In this document: positions 1-12,630 of the stretch, piece after piece
Layout: every line of letters begins with the position of its first letter
Position numbering within the stretch: position 1 is the stretch's first letter
The notes under the pieces: generated by a model
The model's input: only the letters and a program-made list of their open reading frames with translations
What the model was told of the DNA's origin: nothing
Databases searched by the model: none
Made by a program: the position numbers and the translations under genes
Origin: Oopsacas minuta
Taxonomy: Eukaryota > Animalia > Porifera
Length of the DNA stretch: 64,000 nucleotides
Assembly: GCA_024704765.1 (NCBI GenBank)
Contig: JAKMXF010000122.1
Span: 186,001 to 250,000 of the forward strand
Direction: 5' to 3'

Positions 1-278
1 ACAGTTAAATACGATGGCTTTGACATTCTAACTTGCATGGTGATTGCACCATATTAAAAGTATGTCTAGGAGCTAGGCGTATCATAACCACTACCATTAT
101 CAATATATAGTTTGAACTCGCCCAGAATTCGACCCTAGGTTTAATATTCGAAACAATTTCAATTAATGTAACAGTCATGTCGATGTGTTCAAAATATATT
201 AATTCCTTTTCTTTATTACGCTTATCTGTAAACCTTTGCGTAAAATAACATCCACACCATCACCCTTTCTGTTTATAC
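1..278 (-). pseudogene. LINE (L2/CR1-like) APE endonuclease remnant, downstream half, interrupted by the P element
   Basis: Minus strand reads ...NRKGDGVDVILRKGLQI... and, after a frameshift, FEHIDMTV. This resembles the APE R-x-GGGVA motif and the GGGIAVILKKG...FKHMDLT segment of the L2 fossil near 61000. Confidence 0.55.
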
Positions 279-3200
279 CATAGACTCCTTAAATAGAAGG
301 ACTAGTATCTGGCAATCTCGGATTACGGAACTTGGGTCCCATTGTATCATGACGCAACGACGTCATTGCGTAATAAACATAGCAGGCCATGGAAAGATTT
401 TGCTTTATCGCCGCTCCTGGCGTCACCTAGCGTCACCTGACGCTCTCCGTAGCTCATGCTGCTGTATTATGATTTTTTCAGGTTTGTATTGTAACTTTAC
501 TAGCATTTCTGGTGCTAGGAATCATCCAATTTACAACTGCATTTTAAAGGTGGTGTTGGTATTTACTTTATAATACCTAAGAAGTGTACGTATTTAGATG
601 TCGTGGAAATTACAGGTGTGAACCATACACAAAAGTAGTACAATTTCCAAGTGATGAAGATGGGCGAGATCGTTGGATTGATGCTATGCCAAATGAACGC
701 TCCAATCTGCTACAACTTAAATATATGCTTGTTACCATCATTTTGACTGTGAATGGGTCACAGTTAAAGCTGGTAAATGACATAACCAACCTCCATCCAT
801 TTTTCCTGGCGTCCCAAAGTCCTGTTTAAAGTAAGTCTCTTCAACCCCTAGGAGTACAAGTTCTTCGGCAGAAGTACGTGCCAGAAATGAAGACCTTAGA
901 ACTAACGCTCTGATCAAATTGGTGACTTTGATTCTTTTTGTACAGTCATCCAACAGCCTCTCTCCAAAAATCATCTTATTATTCATGATGGTGATGATGT
1001 TTATATGTCCAAAACTGACGCACAAGGACGTTCAGTCGTCCAGTTTCTACATTTACAACATGTGAAATCACCATTTGGATTTTTATTCCTTAAATGTGTT
1101 GAGAAAAATGGAAAGGAAATACCTAAATCGTATTTTTCCAAAGCTGGTTTCCTACAGAAGAATAGCCTCATCAGGAAATGGTCACAATTCAATAGCATTT
1201 TAACGAGTATTCCAGAGTACGAATTCAAAGACACAGACTACGTGAAAAGTGCCCTTAAGGAATTGAGTCGTATGTGTTGCTCTGAACTTCCCCATTATCA
1301 ATTTTTGTATGCTCAGCTCGGGTTGTTACTTACTGCACCAAAAGCCCGTCGTTTTGATAGAAATCTTTATGTTCTTGCTGCTGAACTTCATAACATTTCA
1401 CCAGCTGCGTATAGAATGCTACGAAAATCTGGTGCTATTGCATTACCTCGAGTAGAACTGTTGAAGAAACTTCTTTCCAATAGTCTACATGATGAAAACT
1501 TGAGGCAACTTCTTCAAGAGCTTCAACCCCAGCAGCGTCTTGTAGACATTTTATTTGATGAGGCGAAGCTAACAGAAACTCTTAGGTACTCTGGTGGTCA
1601 TGTTGTTGGTTATGCTCAAAATAGATCTGGTGACGCTGAAGTTCTCGCAACACATGCTTTAGTGATCGAGGTTGTATGCCATTTTGGTGGCCCTAAATAC
1701 ATTCTACGTATTCATCCTGTCGCGAAACTCAATTCATATCAACTCAAGGGTATATTACTCGAAGCTCTCGCAGCAGTTAGCAATGCTGGTGGCACTACAA
1801 TTTCTTGTATATGTGACAATTGCAATACAAATGTCTCAGTCTATGCTAAATTGGGTGGAGCTGGTAGAGTGTTTATAGACATCTTAAACTCTCACGCTTT
1901 TCTCGTTTATGACTATGTCCATTTATTCAAAAACATTAAGAATAACTGGATAACTGTGCCTCATAAGGAACTCGCATTCACAAAAGATGGTAAATCACAC
2001 ATAGCACGTTGGAAAGACATTGAAGCACTTTACATTGATGACAGGAAGAACTACATCCGTTTGACCAAGATTACGTACACAGCTGTGTATCCCAAGCCTT
2101 TGCAAAGACAAAGTGTGCCTTTTGTTTGTCAGATATTCAATGACAAAACTGTTGCTGCTCTTTCAACTTTAAAATATATGCTCAGTATTAGCGAAGGGAC
2201 CATTGTTTTTGTTAAACTCATCACTGACTGGTTCCATATGATGAATGTCAAAGGCAGTTTTTCTGGTATAAATACGCGTGATGAGTGTCGTCAACCGTGG
2301 ACCAAGAATTGCACAAGTTTCAAAAAACTCGATGAAACTTGTGATGTCATATCGTCTTGTGCATGGCCAAATGGACAAGGTCGGACACAGAAACTCACAA
2401 AGCAGACTGCATATGCATTTGTACTGTCTACAAGAGCAAATGTCCAAGCAGCAGGGTTGTTGTGACACACCACAACTTCAGTTATGTATTGCCTGGAGTG
2501 TTCGCGGATGAAGCTCTAGAGAAGTTTTTTGGCCAAGCCAGACAACGCAGTACAGGAAATTTCTATATAGACGTCGTTGACATCAAGGCAGCTGCAGAAA
2601 CCAAGAATCTTCGCGCACTTTTGAATTACGATTCGACCCCACAGCCTCATAATGACGTACCTTGCACTTGTAACATTCACATAGAAAAAGATCAATTTGA
2701 TATCACTATTTTAGAGACTGAAGATCTTGTTCAAAGTAATGACACAATCAAACATAAAGTAATATTTATCGCTGGATATTTGGAACGAAAATTCCGAACT
2801 AATATTTCAACTGCCGAAGGTGAAGATGGTGATGATAATCTAACTGATTCGGAGTTTCTCACTAATTTAAACAGGGGTGGACTAACTGTACCCCTAATCT
2901 CAACTGTTCATTTCGTTCATTCAGCTTACAAACTGTTTGTTAATTGCAATTTACACTGCTGTCGAGCTCACCTCAGCCAAGCCTTATCTCGTATTGACAG
3001 TGCAATGTCTATTATTCAAGGAGCATGTGTTACTTAATCAAACATACTTTTGAAGTCATTTGTGCTTGATAATAATGATAAAGAAAGACAACTTGACCGT
3101 TTGAGAAGGAAGGAAAAACTCTCATCTCAAAATTGAATTGCAGTAATATCCCTGTTCACAGTCATATCCGTGTATACATGCAATTTTTGCCTTTTATTTG

Positions 3201-3563
3201 CTTTGTATACTGACCTTATTAATTCATTCGTGCTAATTTTAGCATTTAAACTGTCATTTTGACTTATATAATCACAATGTATACTATTTTGACTGTGTTT
3301 GTCTCGTTATCATGCATTAGATTAGAAGAACACACAAAATTTTAGATAAATTCCTTCTATTTTGAGTGTTTTAACCTTCAAATGACCTTCAGGTGACCTT
3401 TTAGATGGTCAAAAGTATAAAAAATTAATTCCTTGTCCCTCAAAACCCCATGTTAGACACCAAGATGAAGGTTTTAGCATGTGTACAACCCAAGATATGA
3501 TGGGACCCAAGTTCCAGGCCCCGAGCATAGGAGATACTAGTCCTTCTATTTAAGGAGTCTATG
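279..3563 (+). mobile_element. P-superfamily DNA transposon, full-length but decayed
   Basis: Perfect 32-bp TIRs CATAGACTCCTTAAATAGAAGGACTAGTATCT (279-310 / 3532-3563). Perfect 8-bp TSD GTTTATAC (271-278 / 3564-3571). A second 16-bp inverted repeat GGAACTTGGGTCCCAT (327-342 / 3500-3515). CAT...ATG termini as in P elements. Confidence 0.95.
573..3136 (+). pseudogene. THAP-domain P-element transposase (THAP9-like) pseudogene
   Basis: Frameshifted THAP zinc finger from ~573 (C..C...FP...W...C.HHF). Catalytic motifs ILFDEAKL, CICDNC, YDYVHLFKNIKNNW and ADEALEKFFGQARQR. Frameshifts in the THAP region and at ~2460, and a premature TAA at 3035-3037. Confidence 0.9.
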
Positions 3564-3760
3564 GTTTATACTAAGAACCTGGAGAATATCCAAATCAGAT
3601 ACCGCATTATTTAACTGACCAGGTTTCAACCTAGTCTCGCTGATGCAAAAGAATCTCATATTGATGTAACCATAAAGTCAATATTTGATATGAGGTCTTC
3701 AGTCTTTAACGAGTTTGAATTCCATAAGGACACACTAGGTTACTTGAATACTTCTTATGA
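3564..3760 (-). pseudogene. LINE APE endonuclease remnant, upstream half
   Basis: Minus strand reads FFCISETRLKPG (ISETWL-like APE motif). Removing the P element plus one TSD joins it in frame to NRKGDGVDVILRKG at 278 and below. Confidence 0.55.
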
Positions 3761-4530
3761 AAGAGGGATTGTTAATCAAATTTGATAAATTCTGATTTTT
3801 ATCTTTTTGAAAAACATTTTTCCATTCAGTATTGCGAGATTTTACTCGATATCCTGACTTAGCACTACACCCAGAATTTTTCCCTCGAGATCTCCAAACT
3901 TACTTCATAATTTAGTCATTAATCTTGATAACGGAGAAAAATTCAACCTATCACCAGTAATTTTGTGAAGAACAGAACCAATAGAGAAAGCAAAAAATTC
4001 ATGATGTTACTCAGTTACCAATGAACCAGAATTATTATAATCCAGAATGTATAATCACACCAGCTCTGAGACAGGGCAGCCATGAAGATCGCTTAACGAA
4101 TAGTAAAATACAAAGCATAGCCAATGATAACAGAAAACTGGTCAAATGTTAAGGGGTATTGATCGTGGTCTACACCACTGAAGTTCAGTTTGTAGAATTT
4201 ATATACAATACAAATGGTTAAGGTAAATCCATGAATTTCACAGATCTGATATCTTTGGACATTAGAGAATCCCAACCCATCCGAAATTCATGGATCTTAG
4301 ATATTGTGAATCAAATCAATCCAAAATCTATGGAACTATGGATTTTATTGATCTCAAACCAATTATTCATAATCCATCCGGCTCTTCTGCTCACACCAAT
4401 CTGACGCAATCATGAAGAATCTATGTATTGCCTTCTTTCCTCCAAATGAATACTCTGAGATACATTTAATTATACCAGATTGCCAGTACCATTGCCTTAG
4501 CGCATTATATTTCTACGAATACATATACTA

Positions 4531-5913
4531 CAGTCTGTCAACTTGAAATTGGGAAGATCTTTGTTTTTCCCTACTACAAGTACATTTAGTGTATTTCTAT
4601 TCTAATTATGTTATTAGAATCCTTAAACAATCAATAATATAGTAGGCCTAATAATTTATCTTATTTCCGTTACTTTTTCGTACTAATTTGACTCTTTTTG
4701 GCATCGATGACCAAAATGGACGTATAAATTCATGTTCTAAAGAATTCCATACTTCATTTAGCTCCCTTTCCAGCTTATTTAAATTTCGTGGTGACTTCAA
4801 ATCGATTTCTCTCTTGATCCACGACCAGAGGTTCTCGATCTGATTCAAATCCGTCTACAAGCAAGCCAATCCATCCTATGTATCCCTTTCTCCTCCATGT
4901 ATCCTTTAGCAAGTTTGCATGTGTGTTTGGGATCGTTGTCTTCCTGGAAAACCCATCCATCAGGGTGCAAGACACTTGCTTGTTCTACTAAACATTCGTG
5001 CAGAATGTCGCAGTAAAGGCGCCCGGTGAGATTTTCTCTGAAAACCTTGATATGAAACGTTCCACGTGCTGAAAACGCTCCCCAAACATGCAATTTAGGA
5101 AAGTGTTTCGTACTGGGTTTTACTGGTTTCGAATCACCTTTACACCAGACACATACTCTGCCACCAGCTAGCCAAATGGACATCTCATCGCTAAATATCA
5201 CTTTCTCCCAATCTCTACATCTGTTAGACTTAGCCCAATCGACACGATAAGCCTTATGGGTTTGTGTAAGCATCGGAATCTTTCTAGCAACCTTGCAGGT
5301 GAAGCCACGCCGCTTCATCTCAATCCTTACAGCCTCGTGTGAGAACGATAGACCCCACCTTTTGTAAAATTTGGAAGTCAACTTCCTCACAGATAACCTA
5401 GGATTGTTGATTGCCAAATTAACAAGTGATCTAGCGTTATTTGCTTTGATCTGACGCTGTTTCCCGGAACCAATCTTTCTATCAACGGATTCAGCATTCC
5501 TCAATTTGTAAACAGTGCGATAAACTGTACTTTTTGAAACTCCAGTTCTTCGAGATAATTCCATACAATTCGTGATTTCTGTGTCGAAAAGTATCTTGAC
5601 ATTGTTACGCTGTTCTTGCTCGTTCATTTTAACGTTTTGAATTGATGGAAGTAAAGAATTATTAGCGAAGAAATAGAAGTGTTGCGAGAAATTCAAGTGA
5701 TAAATATTCATATAGAATATTTGATTAGTAACCAAGTATAAATTGAAATATTTTGTAACCGCAGTCAGCTAGAGAAGTTCAGTTGGTTAAGAAATGACTA
5801 GAAATAGTTGAAAAACACAAATTATCAATATTATTACGATAACCAATTTGAAAATGCAATTAGGAACATTCTAGCATCGAAAAAGATTTTCCCAATTTCA
5901 AGTTGACAGACTG
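4531..5913 (-). mobile_element. Tc1-family transposon (DD34E), full-length
   Basis: TIR CAGTCTGTCAACTTGAAATTGGGAA (25 bp perfect, 32 bp with 1 mismatch) at 4531 and ending at 5913. TA TSDs at 4529-4530 and 5914-5915. Confidence 0.95.
4648..5627 (-). pseudogene. Tc1 transposase with a single frameshift near 4855
   Basis: N-terminal HTH (ELSRRTGVSKSTVYR), then IFSDE, FQEDNDPKH and DLNQIENLW. Repairing one lost base gives 34 residues between the second D and the E. Confidence 0.9.
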
Positions 5914-6139
5914 TATATCAAATTATTTGAACATTGTTGAATCCGGATATCACATTTATATGCTGATCTGGAATAATTAGAGATGTAAGGGTAGAGCCAA
6001 ATCCCGCTATCGGTAATAATCACTATATAAATGATTGAAAATAAAATCACTCAAACAAATCCGGGAAGCGTGACAAAGATATATTAGTCTTTACCTACCC
6101 TAATCAATATCCAAAGTCAAAAAGATGTTACTCGGAAAA

Positions 6140-6600
6140 GGATTTTTAGCCAGTCTGAGTCAGTTTTTACGAAGGTCCAACATAAATGTATATTTAAGAA
6201 GATTTCTTGCATTTAGACCAAAAGAATGGAACATCTAAAGAAAATATGATTTTATAGTATGTCAATGATCGGCATATGCGTTTCTCATTATGGTGTGGTT
6301 TTCTCACTTCCGGTACTTTTTTTAGCCGAAATAAATATCAGTGTGATATAAATGTGGCTTGTAGTTCCAAAAGCTATTGAATGTGATATAAACATTGGCG
6401 AACCGGGATTTTCAAATGAAAATAATTGCTTGGTTGACTCCTACCGACACTACTGGGTATAAATTTGGGTGTTAATTCAATCTGTAGAAAATGGCTTAGG
6501 AATAAAATTTGATTAGAAATATATATTCTAAATAAGTGTGCATTTTCAGAATTTTGAATTATTATAAATATTTGGTGAATCCTGTTGGTCAAAGAAATTG
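6140..6600. repeat. Degenerate dispersed repeat, paralogous to 11880-12630; possible SWIM/MULE transposase fossil
   Basis: 6290-6600 resembles 12345-12650 in the same orientation (e.g. ACACTACTGGGTATAAAT). 6140-6265 resembles 12010-11880 inverted. Confidence 0.45.
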
Positions 6601-8786
6601 TAAATAACTTCAATGGAACACTTGGGAACCAAATGAAAATTACTACATACTAAAAATGACTCAAATCAATCATATAAAATGGGTAAATTAAGGTACCTAA
6701 ATCTCCCCGAATGGTATATTATAGTTCCAAATTCACATTCCGTAACAGCTTCAGTCGCAGCTTTGAGGCACTCTTTATTTTCGAATATATTCAATTATAT
6801 CCTTATTGAATTCTCAACTTCTTTTCGTCAATAAATTGTTGTTTTTGTGGCTATATGAAGAAATCTCACTGCCAAGGCTGGGGTTAAGCGATCGAATTGG
6901 GGGGGCGGTTAAAACCTTAACGATAATACCGGTTAACTGGTTAACTTGCTGTAAATATTCTTCAAAACTATCACTGTTGTTTTGTTACTTCTAATGAACT
7001 TATCAATACATAGCTATTGTATATATGTGATTGTGACAAAAACATATCTTTCTAAAATATTGAAATTTGAGAAAATTTGAAATGTGGAATACTACACATT
7101 TCAAAAGGTGTCGAGCAACCTTTCTCAATTTTCTCCATTGTTAATTATCGAGCCGGAAACTACAGGTGAACGCAAGTTTTATGGGTAACTTTATACACAT
7201 GATACATAATAGCAATTTGTTAAACTTCAAACATATCGGAAACACACTTAATTATGGGAACCATTTCACTATGCAAACATACATCAATGAGGAGTTAGTT
7301 TCTTATGATGGCATGAGAAACCCAAAATTCAAATTGGAGAGCAGTCAAAATTCCCAGCATTTCCAGAATCAATTTCATTGTATTTATTCTACAATAAGTT
7401 CGATAGTATGTGGAGTAAGTAGTAGGTAGCATGTATTTATGAAATAGTTTACCAACAAATATGAGTTGTTTTCTTACGGTTAATTAGTTAAAATGAGGGC
7501 AAAAGTTCACTAGCTTAAAGTAAAGTCAATTCTTTGGTGAGTCTTGTGTAATGTTTCTAGTAAGAACAATATTTAGAAAATGCATACACCAATAATGCCA
7601 GCATCTCCCGCGGTAGATGTTAACATGTTCCAAATGTCAGCATCTCCCTTATCACATACAACTCTACCAGTAGAATTCAAAAGAAAAAAGTTACATAAAT
7701 TTGTATCCTCCATCGAAGAGTACAATTTCGATAAAGTCAAAATTATATGGCATCAGAATACGATTGCACTATGCAAATTACTTGTATTAGGACTACTAAA
7801 AGTTTTTCACTGTTTACTGCATAAATACTTCGATCTAACGACAACACTATAATTCAATTTAATTCAGCTACTCCGAACACAACTCTTGCATACGCCTATT
7901 AACTGCTACAATTATTCTTTAATACAATCAATGATGTTTTGTGCCTAAACCTGAATACATAGCTATTATTTATGCAAATGACAGTTTTCAATTAACCGAA
8001 TATACCTTATCCTAGTAGTTAACTGGCTATAGCGGCGGTTAACGAGCTAACCGAATCCAACCATGTTTACATCAAATAAATCGATTAGAATCCATCGATA
8101 AATATTCAATCGAAAAATATAGGTGACAATCCAATCTACGATCCAAGTTTAGGATACCTATATATTAATGTATTTAGTTAGTTGCCAGAAAAAGTGGGTT
8201 GGTACGAAATAGTGGCAGTTAATGTCTAATCGTTAGTAAGGGGAGAAGCACACTGGACGAATAACCAACAAGAATAATTCAACATTTTTCACAGTGTTTC
8301 TCCCAATTGTTAGCTGTAAAATATTGGCCCACTATATCAGTGGTCCTCCATCGGAGTACCTTAAAACCTTGTCCAGTATGTGAAATGGCGGCTCCAGGGG
8401 AGCATATCCCCTTTTTTTATAATAGAGCACTAATTTTCATTATGAACACAATCGTTGTTCATTTGTATTTGCATCCCTACTTTACACTATTATATATTAG
8501 TACTACTGGGGTGTATACATTATTGAACTCAAAAACCTACCTCTTTAGTGGAGAAAATGGAAAATAATTCGCATCCCATTTTCATTGCCATAATAGGTAT
8601 TCGGTTTCTGATAAATAGTTGTGCCCTACTAAGGATGATTTATGCCCCGTGGTTCACCCCCAGTTGTGGCATCGCCTTTGAGTGTGCCACCAGTATTACG
8701 CTGGCATAAATAAATTCGTTCAATATGGTTTCAAGGGGAGTAGTGAACTACTTTGTGTATAAAGTGGTAAGAGTAAAGAGGAACTG

Positions 8787-8904
8787 CGAATGGGAATTAA
8801 TTTTGATTCCAAGGAATGTGAATGGAAATTAAGCCCTTGATTTCTGGATTAAAGGGCTGAGAATGGGAATTGAAGGAATTAATTCTGAATTGAATCCATC
8901 CTTG
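8787..8904. repeat. Truncated copy of the GGGAAT-rich MITE found at 58561-58851
   Basis: Shares the GGGCTGAGAATGGGAATT / CAAGGAATG(G/T)GAATGG(G/A)AATT units and the terminal TCTGAATTGAATCC(A/G)TCCTTG. Confidence 0.75.
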
Positions 8905-11199
8905 GACTCTTGTCCCCTGTAAAAGTAGTCGGATTTCGAAAAGGGTAAAAATACTGCAGTATAGTAATGTATACCCGGCACAGTAAGAAAATTAGGGAAA
9001 TTTATACACAAGTGAGGGTTACCAGGTTCCCTCTTTTCAGAGGATAGCTCTTTATTTTTTCACTCTCTCTTAGAAAATGAACATTTTTTGTCTTTATTGT
9101 CCTTTTTTCTTCAATATCATTGCATAAGTTATTCCATATCTTGATAATACAGTCAAATTGCTTCTTGTTGCTTTCAAAATGCACTGATATAGAGGAAAGC
9201 TCAATAGACAATACATTCCGATTCAATTTCAAACCATTATATGCTTCGAAGATGAAATTCTTACTTTTCACATTCATCAAATAGTTTATGTAGCCTAGAG
9301 CCACAAAAATCAATTATTTCTTTTACACTACCTGGCAAAATATTGGATTACTGAACTGCGAGAATACGTTGAAAGATTCTGTGGGTATAGCTGAAAGTAG
9401 AACAATAGCATGTTACCATTTGTTGTTTATGACATATTTAGGTTCAAATGGTTAGAAATCATCTTTAGCTACGACTTAGGTTGCATGCATTTGGTGCTTG
9501 GTGTCAATTCTGGCAGAGTGTTCCAATACTTACGTCCAGACAGTGCATTCCCAAACAAAATTTCATCACTTTGAGCAATGAAAATTGATATAGTTAAAGT
9601 TAATACACTTGATTGATGTAAGCAAGATGGCAAGAATCAGGGATGCAAAATTTTCCGAAAGATAATCCATTAAAATCCCATTTGCGCCGCCCTGGTGATA
9701 AATGTGGCAAACAACAAGGCAAGCAAATATCCTCCTACCAAAAACAATACGTCCTATGTAAATAGTATTGAAAAGAAATCACTAGGTACTGAGAGCATGC
9801 TTACTACTGAGGAAATACGTTGATTAAAGTCGTCTGTGTCTGTACATGCTCAGAGAGTCGATTATGTTGCTTCAATTTTGGGATTATTTGTGTAATTAGT
9901 AATAATATTGTTTGGAATTACAGTATTGATCCACCGAGTTGGGGGGGGGGGGCAGGCAGTCAATATTGTTATTTCTTACAATTTACATGTGTCCTGTATT
10001 TATGATGAACATCTAGTAACACTGCCTCATTTGCGTATAGTGCGTATGCCTACGGGTGCCCCTTAACTGGGTATATATACATTAATGAGGTGTGGCAAAA
10101 GCCCCATCTGTCTCACCTTCGCTCCACCTCATGGTAACTGATTTCAATCTTTTAATGTTTATTAGTATATAAGACAATAGCAAATTTAAGGAATTGCTTG
10201 TTAAATATTTAGTAAGATCCTCAAATCGACTAAGCGACTGTATATAATTCTTTTGGCTAATATTTCTCCAATTCAAAGCTACAAAATTGAGGTTTATACT
10301 TGACTTTGGGTAAATTTTCACAAATTTCGTTTGTACATGCCTTAACTCGCCCAGGTGCCCTACAAATTTACTTTAATTGAGCTCATCATATTAGAACTTT
10401 AGATTTTGCCCCGATCTATCGTTGCAAAGCACTTTGAGACCTTACTCGTGCAAATCGTCCATATTGGGCATCTTCATTTATTCAAGCTGTAAAACAGCAG
10501 TGAGGGCTCAGAGTCACAGCAACCTGTGAAGTACAGTTTGGACGCACCATATTTCTAACGGGACACAATTTCTTTTGAAAATATATTGCTCTTGAAATCA
10601 CCTTCCTTTTCGTTCTCGAAAGTTTAACTCAGTGATATTTGGATTAAAATCCTATTATGCCGAAGGACTGGGAACCCTGATTTTACAACGTAAAATTATG
10701 TTTTCCGACTTGGTCTGGCTAGATTTGTTGTATACGTTTTTGTAATCATGATGTATGTACTCTATTTGGATAATAGTTTAAACTTTATTCTTTTGTTAAT
10801 AGAAAGTATATGGATAATTGATCAAACCGTTAATATCGGTGATATCGGCAGCCGTTATTTAAGAAAGCTCCATAATTATCACGAAACTGCAAATTGTCTT
10901 TGATTCCAAGTACATTACATAGACCTTGCCCATTTTTGTAGTTCCGTATAGGTGTGTAGGGATTTCTTACAGTTATACAGGGAATTTTAGTTTGGAAAAC
11001 TTTACTGATTGTTATCAATAATTGCTTCAGGCGCTGAGTACATGAATGAATGCACTTCCGCGCAGAGGTGTTACCTTTAGCTATAGCATATTGCATAGGC
11101 CCAAGAACGTTTACATAAGAACGATTACAGGTGCGGCATTCCACAACCCCGCTACTTTTCCCTCCGATGAAGCAACACCGTGCTATCGTTGCTACGTCT

Positions 11200-12630
11200 C
11201 TGTTATCACCATGGATGTTATGTATTTCCTATAGATGACTTGAATAATTTATTGAGATTGCTAGCACGGAAACTCTGTAAGTTTGCACTATAATTGTATT
11301 ACCAACTCATGTAAACATGGTACCAAACCATACCTATGTTTTTGAATTTATTATCTCATCATATGGTTCCTCAATAACTATTTCAATCCATGTTTACAAG
11401 GGTAGATCATTTATGGAGTATGAATTATAGTCAGATGTATTTGCTTTCGTAAAAGTTGAATTGTTAATGGGATTATAACACACTCCTCTGTGGCTATTCA
11501 AGTGGATTTAACAGAATATAGCCTTATCTGAAAATATTAATTGTAGAACTCAATATTTGGCACTAAAGGATCCGTAATAGGCGACATTAGATGAAAATAC
11601 TGTATTAATACCTAACTCTTACGCTTTAATAATATGTTATTGAATATATTACTGTATAAGGTCGGTGGAGATATGACGTAATACCTTTTTAACCGTTTGA
11701 GTCACGTATTACCATTGTATTATTCATCATTAGGAAGTCGCTTAATGCAGTTTCATTAGATCAAATATTAAGTTCTACAATGAATATGTTTCAGGTATGG
11801 CTGTACTCGGTTTAGAAACCTACCGAAAGTTACAAGCCAAACCACAGTGAGAAACTTCTTGGGTGAACATTGATCTACGTACTATAAAATCATTTTTTCT
11901 TTGGTTGCTCCAGTCTTTTTAAGCCTCGATCAGAAGAAATCTTTCGAAAAGTATATTTTTGCCAGACTTTCGTCAAACTGACTCACAACTGGCTAAATAT
12001 CATTAATAACCATGGCTGTTATACATTTGGTATAGATGACAGAAATATATTATTGGAGTGGCAAGCAGAGCACCTGTGTAAGTTGTGCACTGTAATAGTA
12101 TTGCCATCTAATGCCGACATGGTATCGAGCCATACATGTGGGTTTTCAAATTTATGATATCATCTTATGATTGTGTACTTGCTATTATTGGCGGATTTGG
12201 AAATAATTAGAACCAATCTTAATCCAGTTTTACTAATGGTGAATCTTTTATGAGATTCATGGAATTATAGTGAGATATAATTTCTTTCGTCAAATTGTTG
12301 ATGGGATTTTGACACGATTTTCAGTCGCTATGCAAATGGATGATTGGTTGGAATGATTTCTTGTGCGATATAAATGTCTAAATGTATCATTTACATTAAT
12401 GGTAATTCCATCAATACAATGAATGTGGCATAAATGATAAACAAATGTTCGCTTTTCTGCCCTCCCAACACTACTGGGTATAAATGTTATTGTTAATTCG
12501 ATTTGTGCAAAAGGTATTTAGGTATGATATGATTGGGAACATATATGCTTGTATGTTAGCAAAAACATCCAAATATACTTATTAATCATTCAGATTTTTT
12601 GCAATTATTTGTAAATATAGATTGAATCAT
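11200..12630 (-). pseudogene. Two highly decayed paralogous fragments with SWIM-like PCxH motifs (possible MULE fossils)
   Basis: 11210-11500 aligns by eye with 12035-12345. Minus-strand translations give YGLVPCLHELVI and YGSIPCRH*MAIL, with many stops. Confidence 0.3.

Noticed and set aside
349-573. Short ORFs within or antisense to transposases (e.g. 349-573, 738-1025, 2169-2468, 16122-16358, 40053-40373)
   Set aside because: They are shadow frames of transposase sequence or chance ORFs with no independent support.
9450-9600. Copia RNase H-like HIDTKH hint (RIDTKH)
   Set aside because: It is a single short match without the surrounding conserved motifs.
10830-11234. ORFs of 104 and 62 aa, possibly a transposase remnant
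   Set aside because: No recognisable motif set; the two overlap on opposite strands.
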